Origin: Paramoeba atlantica
Lineage: Eukaryota; Protista; Discosea
Assembly: GCA_977017575.1 (NCBI GenBank)
Contig: CDRNVI010000040.1
Span: forward strand, 248,001 to 312,000
DNA length: 64,000 nucleotides
Direction: 5' to 3'
A model generated the notes under the pieces. It made no database searches, was not told where the DNA came from, and saw only the letters and a program-made list of their open reading frames with translations. Position numbers and translations under genes: made by a program. Shown here in pieces: positions 21,854 to 32,308 of this stretch. The first letter of the stretch is position 1. The number at the start of each line of letters is the position of its first letter.

Positions 21854-22396
21854 ATGTCCACTGCCACCAATCCCAACTCCGACACAACCTCACGACGCCC
21901 TCGACTGGACCCATCATTCGGTATCTATGTCGGAAACATTGAAATCTGGGTAGATGAGGACCAACTGCGTACCCTATTTAGCGCCGCGGGTACTGTACAC
22001 CACATCCAACTCCTGGGTCCCCCAGGAGGGACATATCGGTACGGCTTTGTGGATTTCGCTACCCCTGCAGAGCAGCAGCGAGCGATACAAATGTTCCAAG
22101 GTCATCTGCTCGGCAACCGAGCCCTTAAGGTGAGTGAGAGTCGGGGTACCTCCACGAGACCGCGTGCGGAAGGCGTAGGATCCTCTTACTCTGCTCGTCC
22201 TTCAGATACCTCAGCGTACGGCTCCGACCCCATAACACAGCAAGCACGGATGTTGCCTCATCCCGGCCAAAAAGAGGTGTGCAATTGGAGCAATTTCCCC
22301 ACACAATTACTCAAGGAACTCTCTAGGCAACAGTACTATGCAGCCCTGGAGTTAGAACACGCGAAACTGGTCCTGCAACAACGCCATGCAAGATAA
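21854..22396 (+). CDS. Single-RRM RNA-binding protein
   Basis: RNP2 IYVGNI, RNP1 YRYGFVDF, then GNRALKVSES. Confidence 0.9.
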   Translation: MSTATNPNSDTTSRRPRLDPSFGIYVGNIEIWVDEDQLRTLFSAAGTVHHIQLLGPPGGTYRYGFVDFATPAEQQRAIQMFQGHLLGNRALKVSESRGTSTRPRAEGVGSSYSARPSDTSAYGSDPITQQARMLPHPGQKEVCNWSNFPTQLLKELSRQQYYAALELEHAKLVLQQRHAR

Positions 22397-22600
22397 AAGA
22401 GGGTTCATATTTATCTTATAGGGATATTAAATAAGCATACGTATGTCACATGTTTAGGTTGCGGTCTGGTACAAAAAACATTTCTATTCTTTGGCGTAAG
22501 AAACTAGCGCTTATAACGTACATAAAAAAGTATCAAAAACTAGGCTACGTTTTATCTTGACTGAAAGACGCACCTAAAAAATACTAACAATTCACCACCT

Positions 22601-23959
22601 ATGACGAAATTTTTTACAGGAATGCTGCAATGGGAAGATACACCCATGCTTACGGAACTTTCACAAAATTCTTTTACTGCACGATTGCCGGAAGACATTT
22701 CGACGGTTGCTAGAAATATTGACGTTGACCGAATTGAATATGTGGAACTTGCACCGCAGCCGGAGGCCTCATGGTTTTACGTAGGATTGACTGATCGAAC
22801 GATATTGTGTCTCACAGCTAGTGATGTCTTGAAGGCACGAGCATGGGTTTCCCAAATTAATAGTGCACTTCGTGCGCAAAGAATTGAATCGCATGAGGAG
22901 TCTGTGAAGGAAACAAATGTCTCAAAACCTTTTCCATCTTATGAGGAACACGTCCCTGTCTCCCCAAAGTCAGAGTTTAATGAAACTGCGCCGCATCGTG
23001 AGGTCAGCTTAGGTTCAAAAGGTGCCGGTCATGTCACAGTCTTCAATCATTCGTCCAAGAGGAGTGATGACGGAGTTAGAGACCGTACGAAATCAATCGC
23101 TAATGCTCACAAGGTTAATCTACGCACCGAGAGGGCACGAATTTATGAACGGCTTACAGCCATGCCCGATAATATTTTTGAAAAAGAAAGCGAAACTCAG
23201 TCGAATATCACCCGGGCTTCCGAAAAGCTCTACATACAGGCACCTAAGCGCACACCGCAACCCGCTGGGAATATCAACCCAATGCCCCTAGGCTCTCGAT
23301 ATTCGTCTCGTTTCATTTCTTCACTTCGGTATACTCATCCACCGACTTTTCGGAGTGGAATGCATTACACTTCCAACACATCATTGACACCTGTAAGTTT
23401 GGACGGCATGTCGTCCTCTTCCTGGGCACGCCCTGTTGGCCCCTCCAATGCAACCGTGCAACAACTTAGTGAAATTCATCCTCCATCTGAGGACACTCTT
23501 TTGAGGCGTGAGATAAAGCCGATACAGACCTTAACTGCACCATGGGAACATGATGTTGATCGTTCATTAACTCTAGAACATGCCTTTGAAACGTTATCTC
23601 GGGGACGATTCTTCATAAAGTACTCATTTCGCACTTTAGCGCAATCTTATCGGTATATTTACGTCAACGCGGATAGAAAATGTATCTGTCTTTTGTCTTC
23701 GAGGTACCTGCGCGAACGTGGCAGAGGCGGGTACAAAGGAGAAATACCTCTTACACAAGTGACGCATGCGATCGCACTCAGCAATACCACACTCTGCAGT
23801 CACGTAAAAAGCTCCGGTCGTAATGCCAAGCTACACTGCTGTTTTGTTCTGATGGGGAAAAGAAATGCTTTGATATTAGAGGCGGATGAATCTATCCCAG
23901 TATCGAGCTGGGTAGGCATGTGGAACACGTATCTTTCGCAGAGCATCGCTCATCGCTAA
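22601..23959 (+). CDS. Protein with two PH-like domains
   Basis: N-terminal ...ARAWVSQINSAL and C-terminal GRFFIKY...VSSWVGMWN PH-type helices. Confidence 0.6.
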   Translation: MTKFFTGMLQWEDTPMLTELSQNSFTARLPEDISTVARNIDVDRIEYVELAPQPEASWFYVGLTDRTILCLTASDVLKARAWVSQINSALRAQRIESHEESVKETNVSKPFPSYEEHVPVSPKSEFNETAPHREVSLGSKGAGHVTVFNHSSKRSDDGVRDRTKSIANAHKVNLRTERARIYERLTAMPDNIFEKESETQSNITRASEKLYIQAPKRTPQPAGNINPMPLGSRYSSRFISSLRYTHPPTFRSGMHYTSNTSLTPVSLDGMSSSSWARPVGPSNATVQQLSEIHPPSEDTLLRREIKPIQTLTAPWEHDVDRSLTLEHAFETLSRGRFFIKYSFRTLAQSYRYIYVNADRKCICLLSSRYLRERGRGGYKGEIPLTQVTHAIALSNTTLCSHVKSSGRNAKLHCCFVLMGKRNALILEADESIPVSSWVGMWNTYLSQSIAHR

Positions 23960-24010
23960 TGCTTGGTGCCATTTACAATATGTACATAATCTGTAAGTGC
24001 AACTAATAAA

Positions 24011-26143
24011 CCCCCCACAGCGAATAAGTCACCCCCCTCTTTTTTTTGTACAACGAGGCCTAGGGGGGTTGCTGCACCACTTTTTCGTTCAAAATTTTGA
24101 GATCTGCACGTTCCCCCTGTTTTTAGACCTCTTCACATATCAAATTAAAACTCATTTTTTTTAAAGACGTTTTTACACAGTCATGCCAATATTACCCGAA
24201 AAATCTCATGTTCCTCGACCAGGGGGGGAGAAGGGGGTCAACATGAAAATGGGGCTAAACTGAAGCAAAATTCGGTTTTTTCGTTTTTTTAATAAATGTG
24301 TTCAAAAATTGCTCAAAAAATGTTGAAAAACTTAAACTCACAACTTTAGACTTAAAAAGCGGACACTATACGTATACGCAAGCGCAATGCTCTTTTAAAT
24401 TTTCAAGCATGCGCAACAAAGCATCCCCCCCATTACACTTCAAACTTCCGCTTCCCTGCTCTGCGTAGGCCTGCACCCGATCATCTCTCCGGGCGGCTTT
24501 CCGGCCCCACCTTCACGCTTTGAACGCTTCTTGACGATTGAGTTTGCACACTCCACAGTGTTTGTGTGCACACCTTCCTCTGTGATCCACTGTCGATGGT
24601 GGTTGACGCTTTCCCACTTTGTAGTCTGCCCGAGACGAATATTGTGACGAGAGCCGTCTGTCCAAATTCTGGTACGTTCTCCTGCGGCTAGTTCTGTAAT
24701 TCCGGGGACAAGAGAACCAGCAGTGCGATCTGGTACTACTTGCATTAAAATTTCGGATAACTTGTTGTTTCGAGTCGTCACCGCAACCGTTTGGGCTACT
24801 TGCGTACCTTCTGCGCGCACGCGCCTCGAACCGTGACTACCTCGGTGACGTTTCCGAACCGAGAAAAAAGTTTCATCACACTGCATCGAGTGGACGCTCC
24901 CTCTTTGTCGGGCGCGTCGACGCACATGACAAGTTGCCATGATGGAATCAATCCACTGACGTAGTGATATAATTGTTTTCTCACTGAGCTCCGTCTCTGC
25001 AACAGACATCTCATGTCTATTCCCCCGAACGTAAAGTACAATGTACTTCAGTGTTTGTTTAGCGCTTCGCTGCGCCCTGCCCGGCAACAGTGGACCCGTC
25101 TTCTCATATATCCCTTTGCAAGACTTCGTGCACTTCCATTTTTCACCATTCATTTCCATAGTGTGGTCACTCGTGTGATTTCGCTTGCAACATATGACCT
25201 TTTGTGCCACCAACTTATGATCTCGTAGCCACTCCACACACTGCTTTTCAGTCCAAGTTGCAATCTTACTTATTGTCAGCTTTCGCCGACAAGAAAACCC
25301 AACACACCCCGTGCAAGGCATGGAAAGATTGACCAAGTAACTGAAAATGGCGAAAAGAATAGCGAAAAACTCAAGAAAATATGAATACGATCTCTGGAGA
25401 AGTATTTTCTACAATCAGAGAATTTGATAGACAAAAGCTGAAAAAAACCGAATTTTGCTTCGGTTTCACCGAAAATGGTGTCACAGATCTTCGCTCGGGG
25501 AACGGGATCTCTCGATTGCAACAAAAATTAAAACAGATAACAAACATTCAATTTGTCACGTGGTGGAATATTTGTCTTTGATTGGTTCTTTCTTGAAACG
25601 GTGATAAATCAACTTTAAGCTGTCCCCTTTACTTTTTGCTTGAAGGGGCCTAAGGGGGTTAAGATATCATATTTTCTCGTTCAAAATTCTGAGATCTACA
25701 CGTTCCCACCATTTTTAGATTATTTTAGAAACTGAAAAAAAAAAAAATTTTAGGTTCTATTTTTTTGCATCGTCATACCACACTAATTTAAGAAAACAAA
25801 CGCTCCGCAGCCAGGGGGCACAAGTGGGTCAATATTAAAAAATAGCGGCAAAGATCTTTGCTAGGAGAACGAGATCTCTCGTTTGCAACAAAAATCAGCA
25901 AAAACGGACAAAAATAATTGAATTTCTCATGGGAGGAGAAGATTTATTTTGTTAAAGTGTGAGAAATTGGTCTCTTGAAAAATGTGAAGAAAGTGATAAT
26001 CCATCTATCGGATGCACGCTTTTGAAAGCCTTGGTTCCATGCTATAACGCGCAAAGTCTTTGTGTTGGGAACAGCAAAATGCAACAAAAATGAGCTCAAA
26101 CGTCTGAAAAGTTAGAGGCGTGTGACTTTTCGCTGTGGGGGGG
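24011..26143 (-). mobile_element. 2.1-kb TIR element carrying an ISXO2/Merlin transposase
   Basis: ~30-bp TIR CCCCCCACAGCGAATAAGTCAC / GTGACTTTTCGCTGTGGGGGGG; no clean TSD (TA on the right only). Confidence 0.7.
24366..25321 (-). pseudogene. Merlin (IS1595/ISXO2-like DDE) transposase, frameshifted near the C-terminus
   Basis: CDETFF, IWTDG and HTNTVE catalytic motifs plus N-terminal Cys ribbon; main frame stops at 24440, a transposase-like tail (WGRKAARRDDRVQAY...LLRMLENLKEH) continues in another frame to 24366. Confidence 0.85.
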
Positions 26144-26332
26144 TATATGTTTCATTGATACTTTTCTTTTCGAAGTGCAACCGTTTTTTACTACATGAAA
26201 TAACCAGACCGACCCTTTTGTTTTGCAAACAAAACTTCTTTTAAAGAAAATTTTTTCTTTGAGGAAAAACGTGTTAATTTCATGAATCATACAGCTAAGA
26301 ATTTCATTTAGTCGTCTCTGGAAATAAGTCCA

Positions 26333-29300
26333 ATGGACTGTCCTAAGCAAGGGGACCATCAACCGACTGAAAATGAACAGCAACCGAGCAAGGAACGGTC
26401 AGCCAATGGGTGCTCACACAGCCTGGTGAATCGTGGAGGCCTTATGAACTTTCAAAAGTTTTCAACCTTGCTACACTCGTGGATCTTGGCGGGTCGAAGT
26501 GGGGAGAAGAGGTCCGAAATTTTGGTGAATTTTGTTGAAGATTGTCGCCAAATGGATAAAGATTTGTTGATTCGATGGATAGGGGCATTGGAGAGAATGG
26601 GGGAGTACATATCATGTGGACCAGAGGGGCGTTGTACTATGCGAAAAATACACCCCTTTCTTCAACTTCGAAGTGTGGACATTCTTGTATGGAGTTTTGG
26701 TAACCGTACAACTTTACCGAATCCCATCGGAATAGCACCGAATAACATAGAAAACCATCAGTCACTATCGATGCTTCTTTCGCACCCGCCAACTGCGCCT
26801 GCAGCAGAATCAGCTCACTCTTTCAAACAGCTGGACCTGGAGATGCATCCGGATCGTGAAAAGGAATTTGTTGAGCCAGAGAATTGGGGGCATGCAGATA
26901 TCGGCAACAACGCTGATTGTTTGTCTGCGTCTCATAACCGAGTTGACTCACCTTCACAGGAGGGAAATGGCATAACGGAGACCGCGAAGGAAATTACACC
27001 CTATCCATACGCTTTTGAGCGAAACTTTACCAGCGTTGTCCGAAAGACACAAACTGTCACAAAAGACGGAAAACCGTTTGCAATTTTTCTTAAAAATGTC
27101 ATTGCACAATCGACACGTGAGAGAGCTGCTGAGTCACTCCGTGCTGCTGCCGTTCCAACGAATGCACGTGTACTAACCAATGGGGGTGTACCCCCGAATA
27201 GTGGTATTGTCGGGTATTACGACTATCTCAACTCTCCTCAAGAAGAAAAATGCCGCTTAACCGCTTTTTCCAGAGCTCACGCGGCTGATCTTGAGGCGGC
27301 CGTACCGATAGTGCATATACTGGACAGATTGTACTCTCAACATGCTCGGAGAAATTACTCTCTTCAAAATCAGGCTATTCCTGATGACGTACGCCTGTAT
27401 GGAACGGTGTTTAGCACCGTGACTGTAAACAGTGCTTTTCGAACAGCACTGCATACCGACAGCGGCGACTTCAAGCAAGGGTTGGCTGCATTAACTGTGC
27501 TTGAAGGAAATTATGAAGGAGTCTATTTGGCCATACCCTCACTTAATTTGGCCTTCGATATTCGACCTGGTGACGCCCTATTTTTTAACACTGATTTATT
27601 CCACGGTAACACTGAGCCTCACTTTTTTCCATGGACACGACTTTCGCTGGTGGCCTATCTCCGTACCAATCTTTTTTCACCGCAATGCATGAGAAAATAT
27701 AGCGAAAATTCGGTTATTAGTGAGCGATCAATATCCTCTAACCCAACTATTGGTTTGAAAAGTATAAACATTGGTAGCAATGAGTTTCCTTTGCACATCT
27801 CAGAGGCATGTCTCACTACTTGCAAGAAGCACCAGTTGGAAACGTTAAGGTTTGCGTACCGTAGACTCCGACAAGGAACTGGGGCATTGATATCTTTAGA
27901 CATGGGGATGGGGAAAACACTCATAATTCTACTTTTGTGCCACGTGCTTTTAGCGAACGAACCCACTCAAAGAATCTTAGTTCTCTGCCCACACGCTTTG
28001 CTTTCTCAATGGAGAGACGAGTTCACGAAGTGGCATTCGCAATCTTTAATTAATTTTCCAATACATCTTCTCTCAGATGCTACAAGTCATGATTCATATC
28101 TCCAGCACTGGATAAAGCAGTACGGAGTTCTGCTTTGCGGGTACGAGCGATTTCGTACATTGAAACGCAACAGCGAGACATTTCGTATTTTGATTCAAGA
28201 TCTTGCCGCTTGCGTGTTGGATGAGGGTCACCGCCTTCGAAATATGAGCACTTTCACAGCTCAAGATTTGTACAGTATCGGCACACGTCGCAGAGTTGCG
28301 GTTACAGGGACACCTCTGCAGAACGACTTGCAAGAGCTCTATGTATTGCTCAGCTGGGTGGACCCTGAAATAGTACCTTCGAAATCCACGTTTGAAGAAG
28401 AGATCCAATTTCCTGTTGAGGAAGGCCTGGCATCAATCGATAACGCAAAGCAAAAGGGTGCCGTTGAAGCATTATATCTGTTACAGTCGAGATTGCTCGC
28501 ACCTGTTAGCATACGCCGACTTTCAGAGAATCTTCCACCCAAATCCGATTATACAGTTTTACTTTACCCAACAGAGCATCAAAAACGATTGTTGGACACA
28601 GTTTCTGGTTTATCTTTTTCAGACTTGCACAAAACGGTGTGCATTGCAGCACATCCATTATGTTTCCTTAGAAGTTGCACTTCCAAATTCCCTGATCCTG
28701 TCTTGTACTGGCATACCTACGTGGAAAATATCTTGAAGTCCACGCATAACTCCGATCTCGAGACTGATTTTTTCGCCGAGCACAGCTCAAAGCTGCTCTT
28801 CATATCGGTTGTACTAGAACACGCGATGAAATTAGACGAGAAGACACTCCTTTTTAGTCAATCTGTGCGAGTCCTCGATCTTTTAGAGGCTTTCTTACAA
28901 GCCAAGGGGCTCCCCACACTGCGCATCGATGGTGAAACCTCCCACACGAAACGTGAGACGAGTCTCCACATCTTTCGCACCGCAACCACAGCTCACGCAC
29001 CTGTTCTCCTTCTCACCATTCGCGCTGTGGGTGTTGGTTTGAATCTCGAATGTGCCAACCGCGTGGTAATTTTCGAGCCCACCTATAACCCGACACTGGA
29101 AGCACAGGCCGTTGCACGGTCCCACCGATTCGGTCAAACAAAGCAAGTTTTTGTCTATCGTCTTCTGATGGAGGGTTGTCACGACAGTCACGTCTTTGGC
29201 ACTCAGCTGAGAAAGCACGCTCTGAACCAGAGTGTGTTGAAGCAGTCCTATGTCAAGAGAACTGAGTCAAATGACATTGAGTTTGCTTTGGGAGCTGAGT

Positions 29301-29458
29301 CCTCTTTGCCGGATGAGGTCCTCCAGGAATGTAAAGAGAGGCACGGAATTGTAAAAGGTGTTCTCCCATTCACTGATCTTGTAGAAGATGTGGGTTCTTA
29401 CCTATCTGAGACAGAAATCCGAGCGATTGAGGCAAAGCAAGCCCGGAGATGTTGTTAG
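26333..29458 (+). CDS. JBP2: J-binding protein 2: thymidine hydroxylase (2OG-Fe(II) dioxygenase) plus SWI2/SNF2 ATPase
   Basis: RTALHTDSGD (HxD), FHGNT (H), RLSLVAY (R); DMGMGKT, DEGH, TGTPLQN, QAVARSHRFGQ. Confidence 0.92.
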   Translation: MDCPKQGDHQPTENEQQPSKERSANGCSHSLVNRGGLMNFQKFSTLLHSWILAGRSGEKRSEILVNFVEDCRQMDKDLLIRWIGALERMGEYISCGPEGRCTMRKIHPFLQLRSVDILVWSFGNRTTLPNPIGIAPNNIENHQSLSMLLSHPPTAPAAESAHSFKQLDLEMHPDREKEFVEPENWGHADIGNNADCLSASHNRVDSPSQEGNGITETAKEITPYPYAFERNFTSVVRKTQTVTKDGKPFAIFLKNVIAQSTRERAAESLRAAAVPTNARVLTNGGVPPNSGIVGYYDYLNSPQEEKCRLTAFSRAHAADLEAAVPIVHILDRLYSQHARRNYSLQNQAIPDDVRLYGTVFSTVTVNSAFRTALHTDSGDFKQGLAALTVLEGNYEGVYLAIPSLNLAFDIRPGDALFFNTDLFHGNTEPHFFPWTRLSLVAYLRTNLFSPQCMRKYSENSVISERSISSNPTIGLKSINIGSNEFPLHISEACLTTCKKHQLETLRFAYRRLRQGTGALISLDMGMGKTLIILLLCHVLLANEPTQRILVLCPHALLSQWRDEFTKWHSQSLINFPIHLLSDATSHDSYLQHWIKQYGVLLCGYERFRTLKRNSETFRILIQDLAACVLDEGHRLRNMSTFTAQDLYSIGTRRRVAVTGTPLQNDLQELYVLLSWVDPEIVPSKSTFEEEIQFPVEEGLASIDNAKQKGAVEALYLLQSRLLAPVSIRRLSENLPPKSDYTVLLYPTEHQKRLLDTVSGLSFSDLHKTVCIAAHPLCFLRSCTSKFPDPVLYWHTYVENILKSTHNSDLETDFFAEHSSKLLFISVVLEHAMKLDEKTLLFSQSVRVLDLLEAFLQAKGLPTLRIDGETSHTKRETSLHIFRTATTAHAPVLLLTIRAVGVGLNLECANRVVIFEPTYNPTLEAQAVARSHRFGQTKQVFVYRLLMEGCHDSHVFGTQLRKHALNQSVLKQSYVKRTESNDIEFALGAESSLPDEVLQECKERHGIVKGVLPFTDLVEDVGSYLSETEIRAIEAKQARRCC

Positions 29459-29954
29459 TAAAACTCTCACACATGACATGGTCCATCTACCAACTGAATC
29501 GAATCATTTTAATCCTTTTGGTTTATTCAAATACTAATGTACAATAGATAGTAATAGATTCTAAGTAGTTTATACATTAAGTCTGAAATTTGTGTCACTA
29601 GGTTACTAAATCTGTAAAACGTGATATGAATTTACACATTGTATGTAAAACGAAAGTAAATTCTGGCTTGCGAGTTTTAAACTGTAAAAGTAATTCTAAC
29701 TTGCCACTTAGCTGATCTATAGTTGTTACCTTTTTTATATCACTGAGCTACAGTAACGTAGTAGCCATCACCACAGCTAAAATCATGTTGTGTGTTTCAC
29801 AGACTCAGGTTAGTTTCGAACCTGGGAACGAACTAACAGTTTACTAAGATACTTGATTCCTCTATGACCATAGAATTTGATTACTATTTTAGATTCGCTG
29901 TTAGTTCCTATTCAGTAGTCCGCAAGCTATTCTCTCAAAACAATATCGTTTTTT

Positions 29955-30437
29955 ATGTATTACAGGGCTCTGTTGCACGGTAGACATCTGAGTTATATAG
30001 GACGTAACCCATTTCGCACGGGTGGTCCGAAAGGGTACCCTGCACGACACAACAGTGGTAGCGTCTTCTTTAAAAGAAAACATTTTAATTTCCCGCAGCA
30101 CACGAAACGGCTCTGCAGACGAATTTCCGGAATGCCATCCACTAGATTCACAACGCCAAATCGAGTTCGATACGCTCATCTTCCCGGTGATGTACATCGT
30201 AGGCCACAGGAGGACTACACATTTGAACCTCGTTCTGATTCTGTGATTGCTACTTGGGCGCCCAGAGACCGTCTTCAGCTGCACAAGTTACGACGTAATC
30301 AACTTTTTGTTTGCTTTCACTGTGGATACCCCATAAAGTCGGCCCTTGTAGCTGTAAAGGAAGAGAATTGGGATTACCGCATGTGCTATACTTGCTATAC
30401 GTATGCGTGCAAGGAGAAATTAACGAAAGTGATTTGA
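29955..30437 (+). CDS. Basic protein with C-terminal CxxC...CxxC zinc site, probably mitochondrial
   Basis: CFHCGYP...WDYRMCYTCY; Arg-rich presequence-like N-terminus. Confidence 0.7.
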   Translation: MYYRALLHGRHLSYIGRNPFRTGGPKGYPARHNSGSVFFKRKHFNFPQHTKRLCRRISGMPSTRFTTPNRVRYAHLPGDVHRRPQEDYTFEPRSDSVIATWAPRDRLQLHKLRRNQLFVCFHCGYPIKSALVAVKEENWDYRMCYTCYTYACKEKLTKVI

Positions 30438-31522
30438 GGCGCGCTTACTGATCGGTTAACCTTTTTCGGCTAATCTCAAGCTATAATAGCTAAACTTGCG
30501 GTCATTGAGTTGCGGTTCTCTATGATGACCATTTTTTTATTCATAGAAAAATGGCACCACGATAGGTCACACATTGTGTAGTCCATCTGTACCGCTGATC
30601 CAGATTGGACCTTTTCTATCTGGATTGTTACATTTCATGAGCCTGTCATATCATCAAGGGTACCTCATCAAGGGTAATAAGTCTTTGACCATCAGTGAGT
30701 GGGTGATCAAGGATGCCTAAGAGAAGGAATCCTTATCGAGTATCCCATTTTGCCATGTTGAGCGTGTCATGAATCTCCGAAAACGTGATCTACATCGCGT
30801 ACCCGTAGACCCCCGGAAAGAGAAGGATCAGGTCCATGATGATTATGAGAAATCTGAAACTGTTCAACTTTGTGACTTAAAATAGCGTGTAGCTCATCCT
30901 CAACCCATGCCCGAATATAATTTTCCCCAAATTACGTTCCTCGGGGAATGAGATCGGTGAAATCTCCCTTTTCGCCCCAAATCTTGAAAAAATCTCGAAA
31001 TGTTTTTTCGAGTTCAGCGATTTAACGATCCTTTTATGTTGCTACCCACGAAAGAGAGGACATTAACGTACACCAAGACATTCAGCGGACGTATGTTGTT
31101 CAAGTAAACAAATCTTCTTCTCTAATGAGAAATTCAATTTTCGCGTAGAATTCTGCGTAAAAATTAAGGGTAAAGTTTACATAAAAAGTTTACCAAATGA
31201 GTCATTTTGTAGCTCAGGCACCACCCCCAAATCTGCCCATACGCCATACGTTAAGAATACAGCACATAAGTGGGAAAAACATAGGCGCCGCGAAGCAGCG
31301 CCGAAACATTTTTGCTTTTCGCTTTCGAATTCTGCCATATTCTGTCAATCACCACAGGCGCCTTGCCCCCCTCATAGTATTTGGGATGCCCTTCAAAACA
31401 TGTAAAAATTCGGGGGCAAAGGGAAATTCGATCAACGAAAACTCTCAAATAGAACAAAAATGAGAACAAAAAGACAAAAAGACTTAATCTTTCTGAGGGA
31501 ACTGCAAGTTTGTTTTTTTCAT

Positions 31523-31770
31523 GTGCAGAGATTTACCTCACTACATGTCCTTACCGCATACGACGGGTGGATTAAGTGAGGGTTCGCCTTCGCCTGTGGT
31601 AAGTGGATGCAGAGAGCTGGCCTCCCAGGTGCAGAGATTTCGGTTGTCATGTGCAGGTGCAGAGAGCCGGATGCGTAATTCCCATATTGCAGTTTCTGCG
31701 GCAATCCGGGTGCAGAGAGCTGCGACAGAGCCGAGGTGCAGAGAGCTTGCGACCGCCAGGTGTGGAGAGC
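31523..31770. repeat. Seven spaced copies of a G(G)TGCAGAGA(GC) motif
   Basis: Copies at ~31523, 31605, 31628, 31656, 31709, 31735 and 31759 with unequal spacers. Confidence 0.85.
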
Positions 31771-31883
31771 TGTAAACGTGGGCAGCGAGGGACACGTCTA
31801 GTGGTCCTCAAGGGAGGCCACCGTGACCCATTGCCTCCTCGGAAAGATAGGCACGAGAAAGAGAAGCCGAGAGAGGGAAGCAC

Positions 31884-32022
31884 ACTCACTCCAAGCGAGT
31901 GAGTCGGGGAGGGGTGAAGGTTGAAAGGCGCGTCCCCTGCTTCGGCAAAAAGAGGGACAGTCCCGACCTTAGTGCCGGTCGGCAACGGGCATAAAAATAC
32001 AGTACGACTATGCCCGTTGCCG
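31884..32022. other. GC-rich hairpin cluster
   Basis: 7-bp stem 31884-31904, C(TTCG)G-capped stem 31932-31958, perfect 14-bp stem 31980-32022. Confidence 0.7.
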
Positions 32023-32308
32023 GGGAAAGAAAGGATGAACTAAGGAAAAAGTACCAACAAGGTACATAAACTGTATCTTGGACTTTCATACCCTGGAGGA
32101 AATGGCTTTAAATTACAACTGCTGGTTACAACTTACAACCAAAGTCCAATGAAGGTATTTTTTTAACTTTCTGTTCATTTTGGAAATTTCTTCTGTTAGT
32201 CGTAGTGTAGGTTAACACATTCCCCAACATAGCTCAGAAATCTTTCAAAACCAGCGCGACCACATTATTACCCCTCATTTCCACCCTCCTCCCCCTCCCC
32301 CCTCCTCC

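Noticed and set aside
30522-30598. Box C/D snoRNA (ATGATGA...CTGA, 77 nt)
   Set aside because: No clear C'/D' boxes or terminal stem, and I could not match the putative guide to rRNA.
30640-30880. Second chromodomain-like relic (YLIK...W, VERVMNLR)
   Set aside because: The motif order is reversed relative to a chromodomain and the similarity is too weak.
31523-31770. CRISPR-like repeat-spacer array
   Set aside because: The repeat is only ~12 bp, spacers are very unequal, there are no cas genes, and the context is eukaryotic.
31820-31860. HDV-like ribozyme or ingi/L1Tc 5' signature (GCCTCCTCG)
   Set aside because: The required P1/P2/P3 pairings and the conserved signature could not be built on either strand.
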